64,000 nucleotides of DNA from an uncultured delta proteobacterium (GTDB lineage Bacteria > Myxococcota_A > Polyangia > Polyangiales > Polyangiaceae), in the NCBI GenBank assembly GCA_963782055.1, contig CAWAIF010000003.1:3104001-3168000 (forward strand), read 5' to 3'. A model generated the notes under the pieces. It was not told the origin of the DNA, did no database searches, and was given only the letters and a program-made list of their open reading frames with translations. Made by a program: the position numbers and the translations under genes. Of this stretch, positions 20,725 through 29,980 are shown in pieces; within the stretch, counting starts at the first letter, position 1; the number at the start of each line of letters is the position of its first letter.

Positions 20725-21980
20725 CAGCCGAAGAACACGCTCCGCCGCTCCCGCACGGCGCCGTCGAGCATGGCCTGGATCGCCCCGCGCACCCGCTCGG
20801 CGAGGCGGCCGACCAGAAGCTCGTCGCCCTCGGCCTCCGGGCCGTAGCCCTTGGTCTCGATGACCTCGCCGAAGAGGATCTTCCACTTGGTGGGTGCCGG
20901 GAGCAGACCGAACGGCCCGAGCCACGGGAAGGTGGGGGTCACCGGCACGTACGGCACACCGAGCACCTTGTTGAGCGACTCCACGCGCACCAGCAGCGGG
21001 TTGGTCTCCTCCGCTCCGACGATCGCGACGGGCACCATGGGCGACTCGGTCCGCAGCGCCAGCTTGACGAAGCCTCCGCGCCCGAAGCGCTGCAGCTGGT
21101 AGCGCTCCCTGAAGAGCTTGCCGATGCCCTTCACGCCCTCCGGGAACACGCCGACGAGCGCGTCCTGGCGCAGCAGGCGCTCGGCGTTCTCCTGGCAGGC
21201 GCGCACCGCGCCGACGCGGTTGGTGAAGCTGCCGATGAAGGGGAAGTGGAAGACGAAGTCCTCCGCCAGCCAGCGGAGGTCGCGCTTCGCCTCGTGCTCG
21301 CGCTTGAAGGCGATCTTGAGCATCGCCCCGTCGAAGGGGACCGTGCCGGAGTGGTTGGCGACGAGCATGCACCGGCCGGTGCGCGGGACGTGCTCGATGC
21401 CCGCGCAGTCCACGCGGAAGTAGTGGTCGTAGAGGAAGTCGAAGAGCGGCCTGACCTTCTCGTCGTAGACCGGGTCGTAGCCGAAGTCGTCCACCTCCTC
21501 CGAGCGGTTGCGCATCCCGAGGCGTCCCCACTTGCGCAGGTAGAAGTCGGTGGAGAGCAGCTCGCGCGCGGTGTCGAACACGGTGGGGTCGGCGTCCGGC
21601 GGCTCGCTGCGCAGGGAGGGGAGCGCGCGCATGGACGGGGGTGGTGGGGAGTCCTCGCTCGGCTGGTGCGCCGCCTCGTCGATGAGGCGGTCCAGGCGCT
21701 CCTCCAGCTCGTGGATCTGGGCGGCGACCTCTCGCCGGCTCTCCGCCTTCGCCCCGGGCGTGGGCTCTGCGGCGAGCGCCTCCTGCTGCGGCGCGGCGGT
21801 CTCCTTCGGCGTGGCCGTCTCCTTCGGCGCGGCCGCCTTCTTCGGCGCGGCCGCCTTCTTCGGCGCGGCCGTCTTCTTCGGCGCGGCCGTCTTCTTCGCC
21901 GTCTTCTTCGGCGCGGCCGTGGCCATGGCGGCGGGCGCGGGCTTCTTTGCTGGCGTCTTGCGCGGCTTCGGGCTCGTCAT
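20724..21980 (-). CDS. PlsC-family lysophospholipid acyltransferase with histone-like N-terminus
   Basis: VANHSG, VFPEG, GFVKLA motifs; N-terminal (KK[T/A]AAP)n repeats. Confidence 0.85.
   Translation of the reverse strand: MTSPKPRKTPAKKPAPAAMATAAPKKTAKKTAAPKKTAAPKKAAAPKKAAAPKETATPKETAAPQQEALAAEPTPGAKAESRREVAAQIHELEERLDRLIDEAAHQPSEDSPPPPSMRALPSLRSEPPDADPTVFDTARELLSTDFYLRKWGRLGMRNRSEEVDDFGYDPVYDEKVRPLFDFLYDHYFRVDCAGIEHVPRTGRCMLVANHSGTVPFDGAMLKIAFKREHEAKRDLRWLAEDFVFHFPFIGSFTNRVGAVRACQENAERLLRQDALVGVFPEGVKGIGKLFRERYQLQRFGRGGFVKLALRTESPMVPVAIVGAEETNPLLVRVESLNKVLGVPYVPVTPTFPWLGPFGLLPAPTKWKILFGEVIETKGYGPEAEGDELLVGRLAERVRGAIQAMLDGAVRERRSVFFG
21789..21920. repeat. 18-nt tandem repeat encoding KKTAAP/KKAAAP
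   Basis: cggcgcggccg(c/t)cttctt units, about 6-7 copies with variants. Confidence 0.85.
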
Positions 21981-23050
21981 GTGGGGGTCTCCTGCAAGAG
22001 CTTGACGTCGCGCAGCCGCTGGGCGCTCACGAAGTCGATCAGCGCCTCGCGCGTGGTGTACGCCGGGAGGAAGCCCATCCCCTGCCGCGCGCGCGCGCCG
22101 TCAGCCACGCAAAGGAAGCGCAGGTAGGGCAGGAAGGTGGGCGGCGCGGGGACGAGCTGCGCGAGCCACCCGAGGGAGGTCAGCGTCTCGGCGAGGGGGT
22201 GCGGGATGGGCAGCGCCACACGGCCCGCGAGCTTGATGACGGTGGAGAGCGGCAGCACGCCGTCGCCCACGATGTTGAACGTCCCGGGCACGTCGCGCTC
22301 CACCGCGAGCTTGAAGGCGGCGATGGCGTCCACCTCGTGGACGAACTGCAGCAGGGGATCGTAGCCCATCATGGTGGGCACGAGCCGGCGGGAGAGGTAG
22401 CGCGTCAGGTAGGAGCGCACGGTGGGGCCGAGCACCGGCGCGGTGCGCAGGATCGTCACGACGGCGCCTTGCGCGCGCTCGGCGAAGCGGGCCGCCTCCT
22501 CCTCCGCCTCGATCTTGTCGGCGAAGAAGGGCTCTCGCCGGGGAGCGCGGGTGGGGTGGCGCTCGGAGAGGAAGTTGGGGTTGGAGGGGTGCGCGCCGTA
22601 GAGCAGCGTCGTCGACTTCATCACCACCTTGCGGACGTGCGCTTGCCGCGCCGCCACCAGCAGGTGCATGGTCCCCACGCTCTCCAGCTCGTGCGCGTAG
22701 GCCACGGCGGGGGTCGGGGAGGAGAGGAAGGCGAGGTGCACCAGGGTGTCGGCGCGCTCGGCCGCCAGGATCTCCGCCAGGCGCGCCTCGGCCGCGGGCT
22801 GGGTCAGGTCCACGTCGTAGGCGCGCGTCTTCTTGCCCGCGGTGGACGGCGGGCGGGCGTCGATCGCCGTGATGCGCGCGACGCGCGGGTCCTCCTCGAG
22901 CAGACCGATGAGGTTGGCGCCCAGGAAGGAGGAGGCGCCGGTGACGACCACGCTCTGGCCGGACCGGCCGCGCGCGGTCGGGTGAGCCGAGCCGGTGCGC
23001 GAGAGGCCCCCCGGCGGTCGGGATGGCGTTTTGTTGGGCGTGCGGGCCAC
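21977..23050 (-). CDS. NAD-dependent epimerase/dehydratase (extended SDR)
   Basis: VVTGASSFLG, LVHLAF, QFVHEVDA, GTFNI; overlaps the acyltransferase start. Confidence 0.85.
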   Translation of the reverse strand: MARTPNKTPSRPPGGLSRTGSAHPTARGRSGQSVVVTGASSFLGANLIGLLEEDPRVARITAIDARPPSTAGKKTRAYDVDLTQPAAEARLAEILAAERADTLVHLAFLSSPTPAVAYAHELESVGTMHLLVAARQAHVRKVVMKSTTLLYGAHPSNPNFLSERHPTRAPRREPFFADKIEAEEEAARFAERAQGAVVTILRTAPVLGPTVRSYLTRYLSRRLVPTMMGYDPLLQFVHEVDAIAAFKLAVERDVPGTFNIVGDGVLPLSTVIKLAGRVALPIPHPLAETLTSLGWLAQLVPAPPTFLPYLRFLCVADGARARQGMGFLPAYTTREALIDFVSAQRLRDVKLLQETPT

Positions 23051-23136
23051 GGCGAGGGAAGCTACATCGAACGGGACGGGCGAAAAAGGGGCCCCATGGC
23101 GGGCCCGCGACCAAATGGTGATACGGTGACCAAAGA

Positions 23137-25158
23137 GTGAGCGGTCCTTCGGCCCCCGCGCCTACGAGGCTCGGCCCCTACGAGCTGCTCGAACGCATCG
23201 CCACCGGCGGCATGGCCGAGGTGTACCTCGCGCGCCGGGCCGGCCCGCGCGGCTTCCAGAAGATGGTGGCCGTCAAGCGCATCCTCCCCCAGCTCGCCAG
23301 CGACGCCGATTTCGTCTCCATGTTCGTCGACGAGGCCCGGGTGTGCGCGCGCCTCGCCCACCCGAACATCGTGCAGGTCTTCGACTTCGGCGAGGAGGAC
23401 GGCGAGCTGTTCATGGCGATGGAGTTCGTCGACGGCACGACCGGGGCGCGCCTCATCCGCGCCGCTGCCTCGCGCGGGGAGGACATCCCGCTGGAGGTCT
23501 CCCTCCACGTCGCGCTCAGCGTGCTGCGCGGCCTGGACTACGCCCACAACGCCCGCGATGACGCCGGCAAGCCGCTGCGATTGGTTCACCGCGACGTATC
23601 GCCGGGCAACGTGCTCATCGACCGCTCCGGCGCGGTGAAGCTGACCGACTTCGGCATCGCGCGTGCCGCCGAGTTCGAGCGACGCACCGACGCCGGGCAG
23701 CTCAAGGGCAAGCTCGGGTACATGTCGCCGGAGCAGGTCGTGGGGCGCGAGCTCGACGCCCGCAGTGATCTCTTCACGCTGGGGATCGTGCTCGCCGAGA
23801 TGGTCACCGTGCGGCCGCTCTTCTCCGGCGGCCGCGAGCTGGACGTGCTCCTGCGCATCCGCGACGCCGACCTGTCCGCCATCGATCGCAACGCCGGCCG
23901 CGTCCCGGAGGACGTCCGCATGGTGCTGGTGCGAGCGCTCGCGAAGGACCCCGGGATGCGCTACCCGACGGCGGCCTCCTTCGCCGACGCCCTCGAGGAG
24001 ATCATCCGGCGCCGTCGCCTCAACGTGGGCCCCTCGCGGACGGCGGCGTGGATCGACCGGCTGGGGCTCACCACCGGCGGGAGCAAGACCGCCGAGGCGG
24101 AGGGGGACGGCGAGGACACGGGCGACACCGGTCGCCGCGTCACGGCGGTGCTGGAGCTGGACACGGGGACGGTGCGCTCCGGGAGCGAGTCGGAGCGGCC
24201 GACCAACCCTCAGGAGGCGCGCGACGTCTCCCCGCAGATCTACCGCGTCAAGATGGGCGACGGCACGGTGCTCGGCCCCATGTCCTACCCGCGCCTGGTG
24301 GAGCTCTTCGCGACAGGGTACATCGGCGGCCAGAGCACCATCTCGCGCGAGGGCGGCACCTTCAAGGAGGCCTCGCACTACGCCGAGTTCACGCGGTTCG
24401 TCACCAGCCCCGCGCTGCGCTGGGACGACGATCCCCCGCGCGACGCGGCCTTCCGCGGCCCCATCGAGCGGCGCAAGCTGCCCGGCCTGCTCTTCCAGCT
24501 CGCCGAAGGTCGCGAGGTGGGCGTGCTGGTGCTGCGCGACGGCCCCAAGCGCAAGAAGATCTACCTCGTGGAGGGCGCGCCGGAGTTCGTCGCCTCGACG
24601 GACAAGAGCGAGCTGCTCGGCGAGCACCTCGTCGCCCGCGGGCAGGTGCTGCGGATGGAGGTGGACATGGCGCTCGCGATGCTCCCGCGCTTCGGCGGCC
24701 GGCTGGGCGACGCGCTGGTGGGGCTGGGCGTGCTGCGCCCCATCGAGCTCTTCCGCGCCATCCACGAGCAGACGCAGCAGCGCTACCTGGAGGTGTTCCG
24801 GTGGAAGAAGGGGGAGCTCGCCTTCGTCAGCGGCGCGCGCTCCCACGAGGAGACCTTCCCCCTGGGCGTCGACCCCTACGAGCTCATCGCCCGCGGCGTG
24901 TCGGGCGGCTACGACGCGGCCGAGATCGAGGCGCTGCTTGCACCCATCGCCGAGGAGGTCCTGCAGCCGGTGGTGCTGCCCCCCGTGCGGCTGGAGGCCT
25001 TCCGGCTGCCCGAGCGTCAGGCGCGCGTCGTGCGGCGCGTGGACGGCACCCTCACCCTCCGCGCGCTGCTGGCCGACGCCTCGCTCGACCCCACCGACGT
25101 GCTCTTCGCCGTCTTCACCGGCCTCTCCTGCCAGCTCCTGAAGGCGGACGGCTTCTGA
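23137..25158 (+). CDS. Hanks-type Ser/Thr kinase with GYF-like and DUF4388-like C-terminal domains
   Basis: GGMAEVY, VAVK, HRDVSPGN, DFG, GYMSPEQ; GDGTVLGPMS (GYF-like); GVLVLRDGPKRKKIYLVEGAP (DUF4388-like). Confidence 0.88.
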   Translation: MSGPSAPAPTRLGPYELLERIATGGMAEVYLARRAGPRGFQKMVAVKRILPQLASDADFVSMFVDEARVCARLAHPNIVQVFDFGEEDGELFMAMEFVDGTTGARLIRAAASRGEDIPLEVSLHVALSVLRGLDYAHNARDDAGKPLRLVHRDVSPGNVLIDRSGAVKLTDFGIARAAEFERRTDAGQLKGKLGYMSPEQVVGRELDARSDLFTLGIVLAEMVTVRPLFSGGRELDVLLRIRDADLSAIDRNAGRVPEDVRMVLVRALAKDPGMRYPTAASFADALEEIIRRRRLNVGPSRTAAWIDRLGLTTGGSKTAEAEGDGEDTGDTGRRVTAVLELDTGTVRSGSESERPTNPQEARDVSPQIYRVKMGDGTVLGPMSYPRLVELFATGYIGGQSTISREGGTFKEASHYAEFTRFVTSPALRWDDDPPRDAAFRGPIERRKLPGLLFQLAEGREVGVLVLRDGPKRKKIYLVEGAPEFVASTDKSELLGEHLVARGQVLRMEVDMALAMLPRFGGRLGDALVGLGVLRPIELFRAIHEQTQQRYLEVFRWKKGELAFVSGARSHEETFPLGVDPYELIARGVSGGYDAAEIEALLAPIAEEVLQPVVLPPVRLEAFRLPERQARVVRRVDGTLTLRALLADASLDPTDVLFAVFTGLSCQLLKADGF

Positions 25159-25170
25159 CCTCCGCCTCGA

Positions 25171-26628
25171 TCAGCGATCCAGCTCGACCTGGTCGATCAC
25201 GTCGTCGCCCGCCACGCCGCCGCCGGAGGCCTTGAGCCCGTAGGCCTTGAGCGTGAGCTTGTGCGCCTCCAGCGTGACGAGTGAGTAGACGCCGACGTAG
25301 GGCGTGCCGCCGCCGAAGCCCATGTTGAAGGCGCGGTACGGCGCCGGGGCGGTGCCGGGGGCGTAGCCGTTCGCCCCCGCGCCCGCGCACACGACGTAGG
25401 TGGTGCCGTCGGTGGTGGAGGTCTGCACGACCGGAGCGTCGGCCGGGCCGGTGATCGGCTTGGTGCGCTCGTAGTTGTGATCGTGGCCGTTGAGCACCAG
25501 GTCCACGTGGTGCTTGTCCCAGATGGGCACGAGCGCGTCGCGCGTGCGGATCACGTCGGCGTCGCTGCCGTGGTTGGCGGTGGAGAACTCCCCGCGGTGG
25601 TGCACCACGATCAAGAAGGGGCGCGACGCGCGGTCCTGCTCCGCCTTGCCGAGGTCGGCGTCCAGGAAGGCGAGCTGCGCCTTGGCCGCGTCGCCCGTGG
25701 GGTCCTCCGCGATGGCCTGGTCGTCGAGCAGCACGATGTGGGCGGAGCCCACGTCCACCGAGGCGAAGGACTCGGCGTAGGGCCCGTCCCCCGGGAGCGC
25801 GAAGTTGCCGTAGAACTGCGAGGAGCTGTTCTCGTGGTTGCCGGGGACCGGCAGGATCATCTGCTGGCCGAGGGTGAGGAACTTGCTCGCGTCGTTGGGA
25901 TCCTTCCACGCGGCGTCCAGCCACTGGCCGTACAGCGACTCCTGCGCGCCCCACAGCACGAAGTCGCCGGAGAAGAGCTGCAGGCTGACGCCGGCGTCCA
26001 GCATGCGCTCCTGCACGAGCTGGTAGACGTTCTTGTCGTCGCGGGAGTCCCCGGAGACGCCGAGGGTGATGGCCCCCGAGGAAGGCACCGTCGTGAAGGA
26101 CTGCGTGGCGCTCCACACCTCGGCCCCCGCCGCGCCGCCGCCGACCTGGTAGTAGTAGGTCGTGCCGGGCTGCAGGCCGCAGACGTGGACCTCGTGCATG
26201 TAGGTGTCCGGCTCGCCGGTGCCGAAGCCCACGGTGGGCGCGGGGGTCGTCCACGAGTAGCCGGCGTGGACGTCGGCGAGGTCGGAGGGGGAGCTGCCCA
26301 GCTTCACCCGCGCGGCGGAGCCCTGCGCGGGCGTCTCCCAGGTGAACGCGGCGGTGGTCGTCGGGTCGGCGTCACCGGAGGCGCCGCCCAGGCCGAGACG
26401 CACCCGCGTGGGGGTGGCGCCGGCGGTGTCGGTGATGGCCTGGCCGTCATCCAGCGTCGCGCCCACGAAGCCACGCACCTCGGGGAGCTGCACGGTGTAC
26501 GAGCAGCCGGCCGGCGTGTAGCTGAAGGTCGTCGCGGCGTCGGCCCCGGCGTCGGGAGCCGGCGTGGTGCCGTCAGGGGAGCTGCAGGCGAGAAGGAAGG
26601 CGGGGGCGGCGAGGAGCAGGCGATGCAT
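25171..26628 (-). CDS. Secreted calcineurin-like metallophosphoesterase lipoprotein with purple-acid-phosphatase-type N-terminal domain (paralogue A)
   Basis: LLAC lipobox; GLQPGTTYYYQVG; GDSR, SGD, GNHE, NGHDHNYER. Confidence 0.85.
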   Translation of the reverse strand: MHRLLLAAPAFLLACSSPDGTTPAPDAGADAATTFSYTPAGCSYTVQLPEVRGFVGATLDDGQAITDTAGATPTRVRLGLGGASGDADPTTTAAFTWETPAQGSAARVKLGSSPSDLADVHAGYSWTTPAPTVGFGTGEPDTYMHEVHVCGLQPGTTYYYQVGGGAAGAEVWSATQSFTTVPSSGAITLGVSGDSRDDKNVYQLVQERMLDAGVSLQLFSGDFVLWGAQESLYGQWLDAAWKDPNDASKFLTLGQQMILPVPGNHENSSSQFYGNFALPGDGPYAESFASVDVGSAHIVLLDDQAIAEDPTGDAAKAQLAFLDADLGKAEQDRASRPFLIVVHHRGEFSTANHGSDADVIRTRDALVPIWDKHHVDLVLNGHDHNYERTKPITGPADAPVVQTSTTDGTTYVVCAGAGANGYAPGTAPAPYRAFNMGFGGGTPYVGVYSLVTLEAHKLTLKAYGLKASGGGVAGDDVIDQVELDR

Positions 26629-26638
26629 CCGGCCGATT

Positions 26639-26665
26639 GTGACACGAAAGTGTCATCCTGGTAAC
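26639..26665 (-). promoter_or_regulatory. Pho-box-like repeats upstream of phosphoesterase A
   Basis: Minus strand GTTAC-6nt-GACAC-6nt-GTCAC, exact 11-bp period, ending 10 nt before the ATG. Confidence 0.6.
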
Positions 26666-26733
26666 GGACGAAAGGCGAGCCGGTGAACAGGCCGCGGGTC
26701 CCTCGCGACCCCGGGCTCCTCTCACCTCGGGGG

Positions 26734-28374
26734 TCAGAAGACGAAGAAGGCGGAGACCTGGCCGCGGTGGTTGACGGAGTGGGCGCCGTCGACGAACCGG
26801 TCGTTGAAGTAGGCGTACTCCAGCCCCACGCGCACGCCGGGCAACGGGTCGAAGAAGGCATTCACGTCGAAGAAGTCCTCGAACTTCCGGACCGCCGCCG
26901 CCGAGACGTAGTCGGAGTTGTTGGGGTTGGGCAGCACGCTGACCGGCCGGGTGTACAGCTCGATGTTGGGCGACTCGGTGTGGGAGTAGTTGCCGGAGAT
27001 CCAGACGCGCCCCTTCAGGCCGGGCAGGTAGTACTGGAGCCCCACCATGAAGGTGTTCCACTGGATGGGGTGCAGGTCCTGGTTGACGTTGTCGAAGACC
27101 ACCAGGCCGTTGTCGATGTTCTGAGGGTAGGCGGGCGGAGGGTTGAGTCCCGTCTTGTTGGGCAGCGTGGGGAACGTCAGCCCGCCCGTCAGCCCGGTGT
27201 ACAGGTCGGCGATCCCGCTGCCCATGACCACCTCGCCGGTGAGCGACAGCGAGTTGCCCATCTTCTTCTTCGTCGCCGGGATGACGGGGAGGAAGACGTC
27301 GCCCGCGACCGAGGCCGTGGTGAGGGTGACGCCGTCGGTCGGCACCTGCGCGAAGGACGGCAGCACGAAGGTGCGCATGTCGCCGGTCACCGCGATGGCG
27401 GCGGGGCGGATGCTGGTGCCGGTGGAGCCGCTGGTGGCGAGCCCCGTCCACTCGTCGATGGCGAAGCGCAGGCCGGCGACGCCGTCGGGGATCATGGAGT
27501 CGCGCTCCGGCGGACGCAGCGCCGCGGCGGCGAGCTCCAGCGTCGTGGGGCCGAGCTTGAAGGCGTGGGAGAGCCGGATCTGCGGTGTGCGCGCGTAGAG
27601 CTGCCCCGGCAGCCCCTGGATCTGCACCGAGTTGGGGTGGAAGTCCGACTGCCAGCCGAACAGGTGCCAGTACTGGCCGATGAGGACGTCCACGATCGGC
27701 GTCTCGATCTTCACGTTGGCGTGGCGGACGCGGAGCGTGGGGCTGGTGAAGACGGCGCCCTCGCTGCGGCCGGAGCCGGAGCCGTAGCTCGGGCCCGGGT
27801 CGTAGCCCATGAAGTCCATCTCCAGCGTGGCGCTGGCGCGGACGTGGCTCACCTCCGGCGCGCGCAGCCGGAGGCCGAAGCGGCTGTTGCTGACGCCGAA
27901 CTGCACGCGGCCGTTCTCCGCCGTGTACGTGGACTGCGTCGCGGGCAGCGGCGCTGGATGCCCGGAGGGGCGCACCAGCACCGCGTTGCCGGCGAGCGCG
28001 CCGAAGCTCTGCGTGGAGTCCAGGATGCTGTCGGCCTCCACGAAGCCGTAGAGGCTGAGCGACCACCTGCCCATCACCACGCTGTTGGCGTCGGCGGCGC
28101 GCGCGCCGGTGGAGTCGCCCACGTCGTGCAGCGCGGAGGCGTACTCGGCGTCGGTGAGGATGCCCTTGTCGTGCATCACCCGCAACGTCGACAGCCCCAC
28201 GGGCGAGCGCCTCGTCGCCGGCGGGGGCGCGGCCGGGGCGGGCGGCGGCGGCGTGGCGGCGGGGGGCGGCGTGGCCGTCCCGCCGTCGGGCGCCGGGTCC
28301 TGCGCGAGCGCGGCGCTCGTGAGCGTGAGACAGACCGAGGCCGCGGTGAACGCGGCGGCGAGCGATGCGCGCAT
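26734..28374 (-). CDS. Outer-membrane beta-barrel porin (DcaP-like), paralogue 2
   Basis: Clear paralogue of 11717-13390 (YGFVEAD, LRAPE, LEMDF, KIETPIVDVLIGQ, YPQNIDNG); C-terminal Phe. Confidence 0.75.
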   Translation of the reverse strand: MRASLAAAFTAASVCLTLTSAALAQDPAPDGGTATPPPAATPPPPAPAAPPPATRRSPVGLSTLRVMHDKGILTDAEYASALHDVGDSTGARAADANSVVMGRWSLSLYGFVEADSILDSTQSFGALAGNAVLVRPSGHPAPLPATQSTYTAENGRVQFGVSNSRFGLRLRAPEVSHVRASATLEMDFMGYDPGPSYGSGSGRSEGAVFTSPTLRVRHANVKIETPIVDVLIGQYWHLFGWQSDFHPNSVQIQGLPGQLYARTPQIRLSHAFKLGPTTLELAAAALRPPERDSMIPDGVAGLRFAIDEWTGLATSGSTGTSIRPAAIAVTGDMRTFVLPSFAQVPTDGVTLTTASVAGDVFLPVIPATKKKMGNSLSLTGEVVMGSGIADLYTGLTGGLTFPTLPNKTGLNPPPAYPQNIDNGLVVFDNVNQDLHPIQWNTFMVGLQYYLPGLKGRVWISGNYSHTESPNIELYTRPVSVLPNPNNSDYVSAAAVRKFEDFFDVNAFFDPLPGVRVGLEYAYFNDRFVDGAHSVNHRGQVSAFFVF

Positions 28375-28387
28375 GGGTTCCGGCGGT

Positions 28388-29875
28388 TCAGTGGGTGAGC
28401 TGTACCGTGTCGAGTACGTCGTCGTCGGCGACCTTGGTGCCCGAAGCCTTCAGCCCGTAGGCGTTGAGCGTGAGCTGGTTGCCCGAGAGCGTCAGCAGGG
28501 CGTAGGTGCCGATGTAGCTGGTGCCGTTGCCGAAGGCGGCGTTCTTCTCGCGGAAGGTGGAGGCGGTGGTGCCGACGGCGTACGGGTCGGCGCCGGCGCC
28601 GGCGCAGATGACGTAGACGGTGCCCTTGCCGACGACCGGATCGCCGCTCGGCGGGCTGCCCGCCTGGAGGGGCTTGGAGCGCTCGTACTCGTGGTCGTGG
28701 CCGTTGATGACCACGTCCACCTTGTACTTGTCGAACACCGGCGCGAGCTGCGAGCGCGCGTAGAGCACGTCGCCGTCGGTCGAGTGGTTGGAGGTCGAGT
28801 ACAGGCCGCGGTGGCTGATGACGACGATGAAGGGCACCTTGGCGCGGTTGGCGTCGGCGCGGGAGAGATCGCCGTCGAGCCAGCTCAGGATGGCGGCGCC
28901 GCCGGTGCTGCCTTCCTGCGAGACGGGCTGATCGTCGACCAGGACGAAGTGCGTGTTGCCCACGTCGAAGGACGCGTACTGCTCGGCGTAGTCCGGGTCG
29001 TCGCCCGGGATGGCGAAGTTCGCGTAGAACTGCGACGCCTCGTTCTCGTGGTTGCCGGCGATGGGCACCATCATCTGCTGGCCGAGCGTGATGAACTTGC
29101 CGCTCGCGTCGGGGTCCTGCCAGATGGCGTCGAGCCACTGGTCGTAGAGGTTGGACAGCGAGCCGATGTCGACGACGTCGCCGCCGACGAGCTGCATGGC
29201 GGCGCCGGCGTCGAGCATCCGGCGCTGCACGAGCTGCCAGGTGGAGACCTTGTCGCGCGCGTCGCCCAGCACGCCTACGGTGATGCTGCCGCTGTCGGGC
29301 ACCGTGGTGAAGGACTGCGTCGCGCTCCACACCTCCGAGCCCGTGGGGCCGCCGCCGACCTGGTAGTAGTAGGTCGTGGCGGGCTGGAGCCCGCAGACGT
29401 GGACCTCGTGCATGTACTCCGGCACGCCGGAGCTGAAGCCGATGGTCGGCGGAGGCGTGGTCCACGAGTAGCCCGCGTGGACGTCGGAGAGGGTGCCCGG
29501 GTCGGTGCCCATCTTCACCTTCGCCGCGTGGTCGGGCGCGGCCGTCTCCCAGGTGAAGGCGGCGGTGGTCGTGGGGTCGGCGTACCCCGCCTGCCCGCTG
29601 GTGGTGCCGCCACCCAGCCCGACGCGCACGCGCATCGGCGTGGCCTTGCTCGCGTCGTCGAAGGCGGAGGTGTCGTCGGCGGCCATGTCGGTGTAGCCGC
29701 GCGTCGCCGGGGGCGTCACCGTGTAGGCGCACCCGGCTGGCGAGTAGGTGAAGGAGGCGGTGCCCCCGTCGGCGCCGGTGCCGGCGTCGTCGCCGGTGTC
29801 ATGATTGGATTTTCCGGACCCGCAGCTCGTGACCGCGACGAGCAAGCCCAGCGAAGCCCACGTCAAAGCGCGCAT
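28388..29875 (-). CDS. Secreted metallophosphoesterase lipoprotein (paralogue B)
   Basis: VTSC lipobox; GDAR, GGD, GNHE, NGHDHEYER; long near-identical peptide blocks with paralogue A. Confidence 0.85.
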   Translation of the reverse strand: MRALTWASLGLLVAVTSCGSGKSNHDTGDDAGTGADGGTASFTYSPAGCAYTVTPPATRGYTDMAADDTSAFDDASKATPMRVRVGLGGGTTSGQAGYADPTTTAAFTWETAAPDHAAKVKMGTDPGTLSDVHAGYSWTTPPPTIGFSSGVPEYMHEVHVCGLQPATTYYYQVGGGPTGSEVWSATQSFTTVPDSGSITVGVLGDARDKVSTWQLVQRRMLDAGAAMQLVGGDVVDIGSLSNLYDQWLDAIWQDPDASGKFITLGQQMMVPIAGNHENEASQFYANFAIPGDDPDYAEQYASFDVGNTHFVLVDDQPVSQEGSTGGAAILSWLDGDLSRADANRAKVPFIVVISHRGLYSTSNHSTDGDVLYARSQLAPVFDKYKVDVVINGHDHEYERSKPLQAGSPPSGDPVVGKGTVYVICAGAGADPYAVGTTASTFREKNAAFGNGTSYIGTYALLTLSGNQLTLNAYGLKASGTKVADDDVLDTVQLTH

Positions 29876-29919
29876 TCGATGCCTCCGCCGCCAGTCTCTT
29901 GCGGTGGCACGTCAAAGGG

Positions 29920-29946
29920 ATGACGAGCGTGTGGCGGTCGTGTGTC
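29920..29946 (-). promoter_or_regulatory. Pho-box-like repeats upstream of the phosphoesterase B/porin 2 operon
   Basis: Minus strand GACAC-6nt-GCCAC-6nt-GTCAT, 11-bp period. Confidence 0.55.
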
Positions 29947-29980
29947 GCCACCCGGATGTCACGCGCGCGACGTCGCGTCG

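Noticed and set aside
21789..21920. CRISPR-like repeat array
   Set aside because: Contiguous in-frame coding repeats without spacers; no cas genes.
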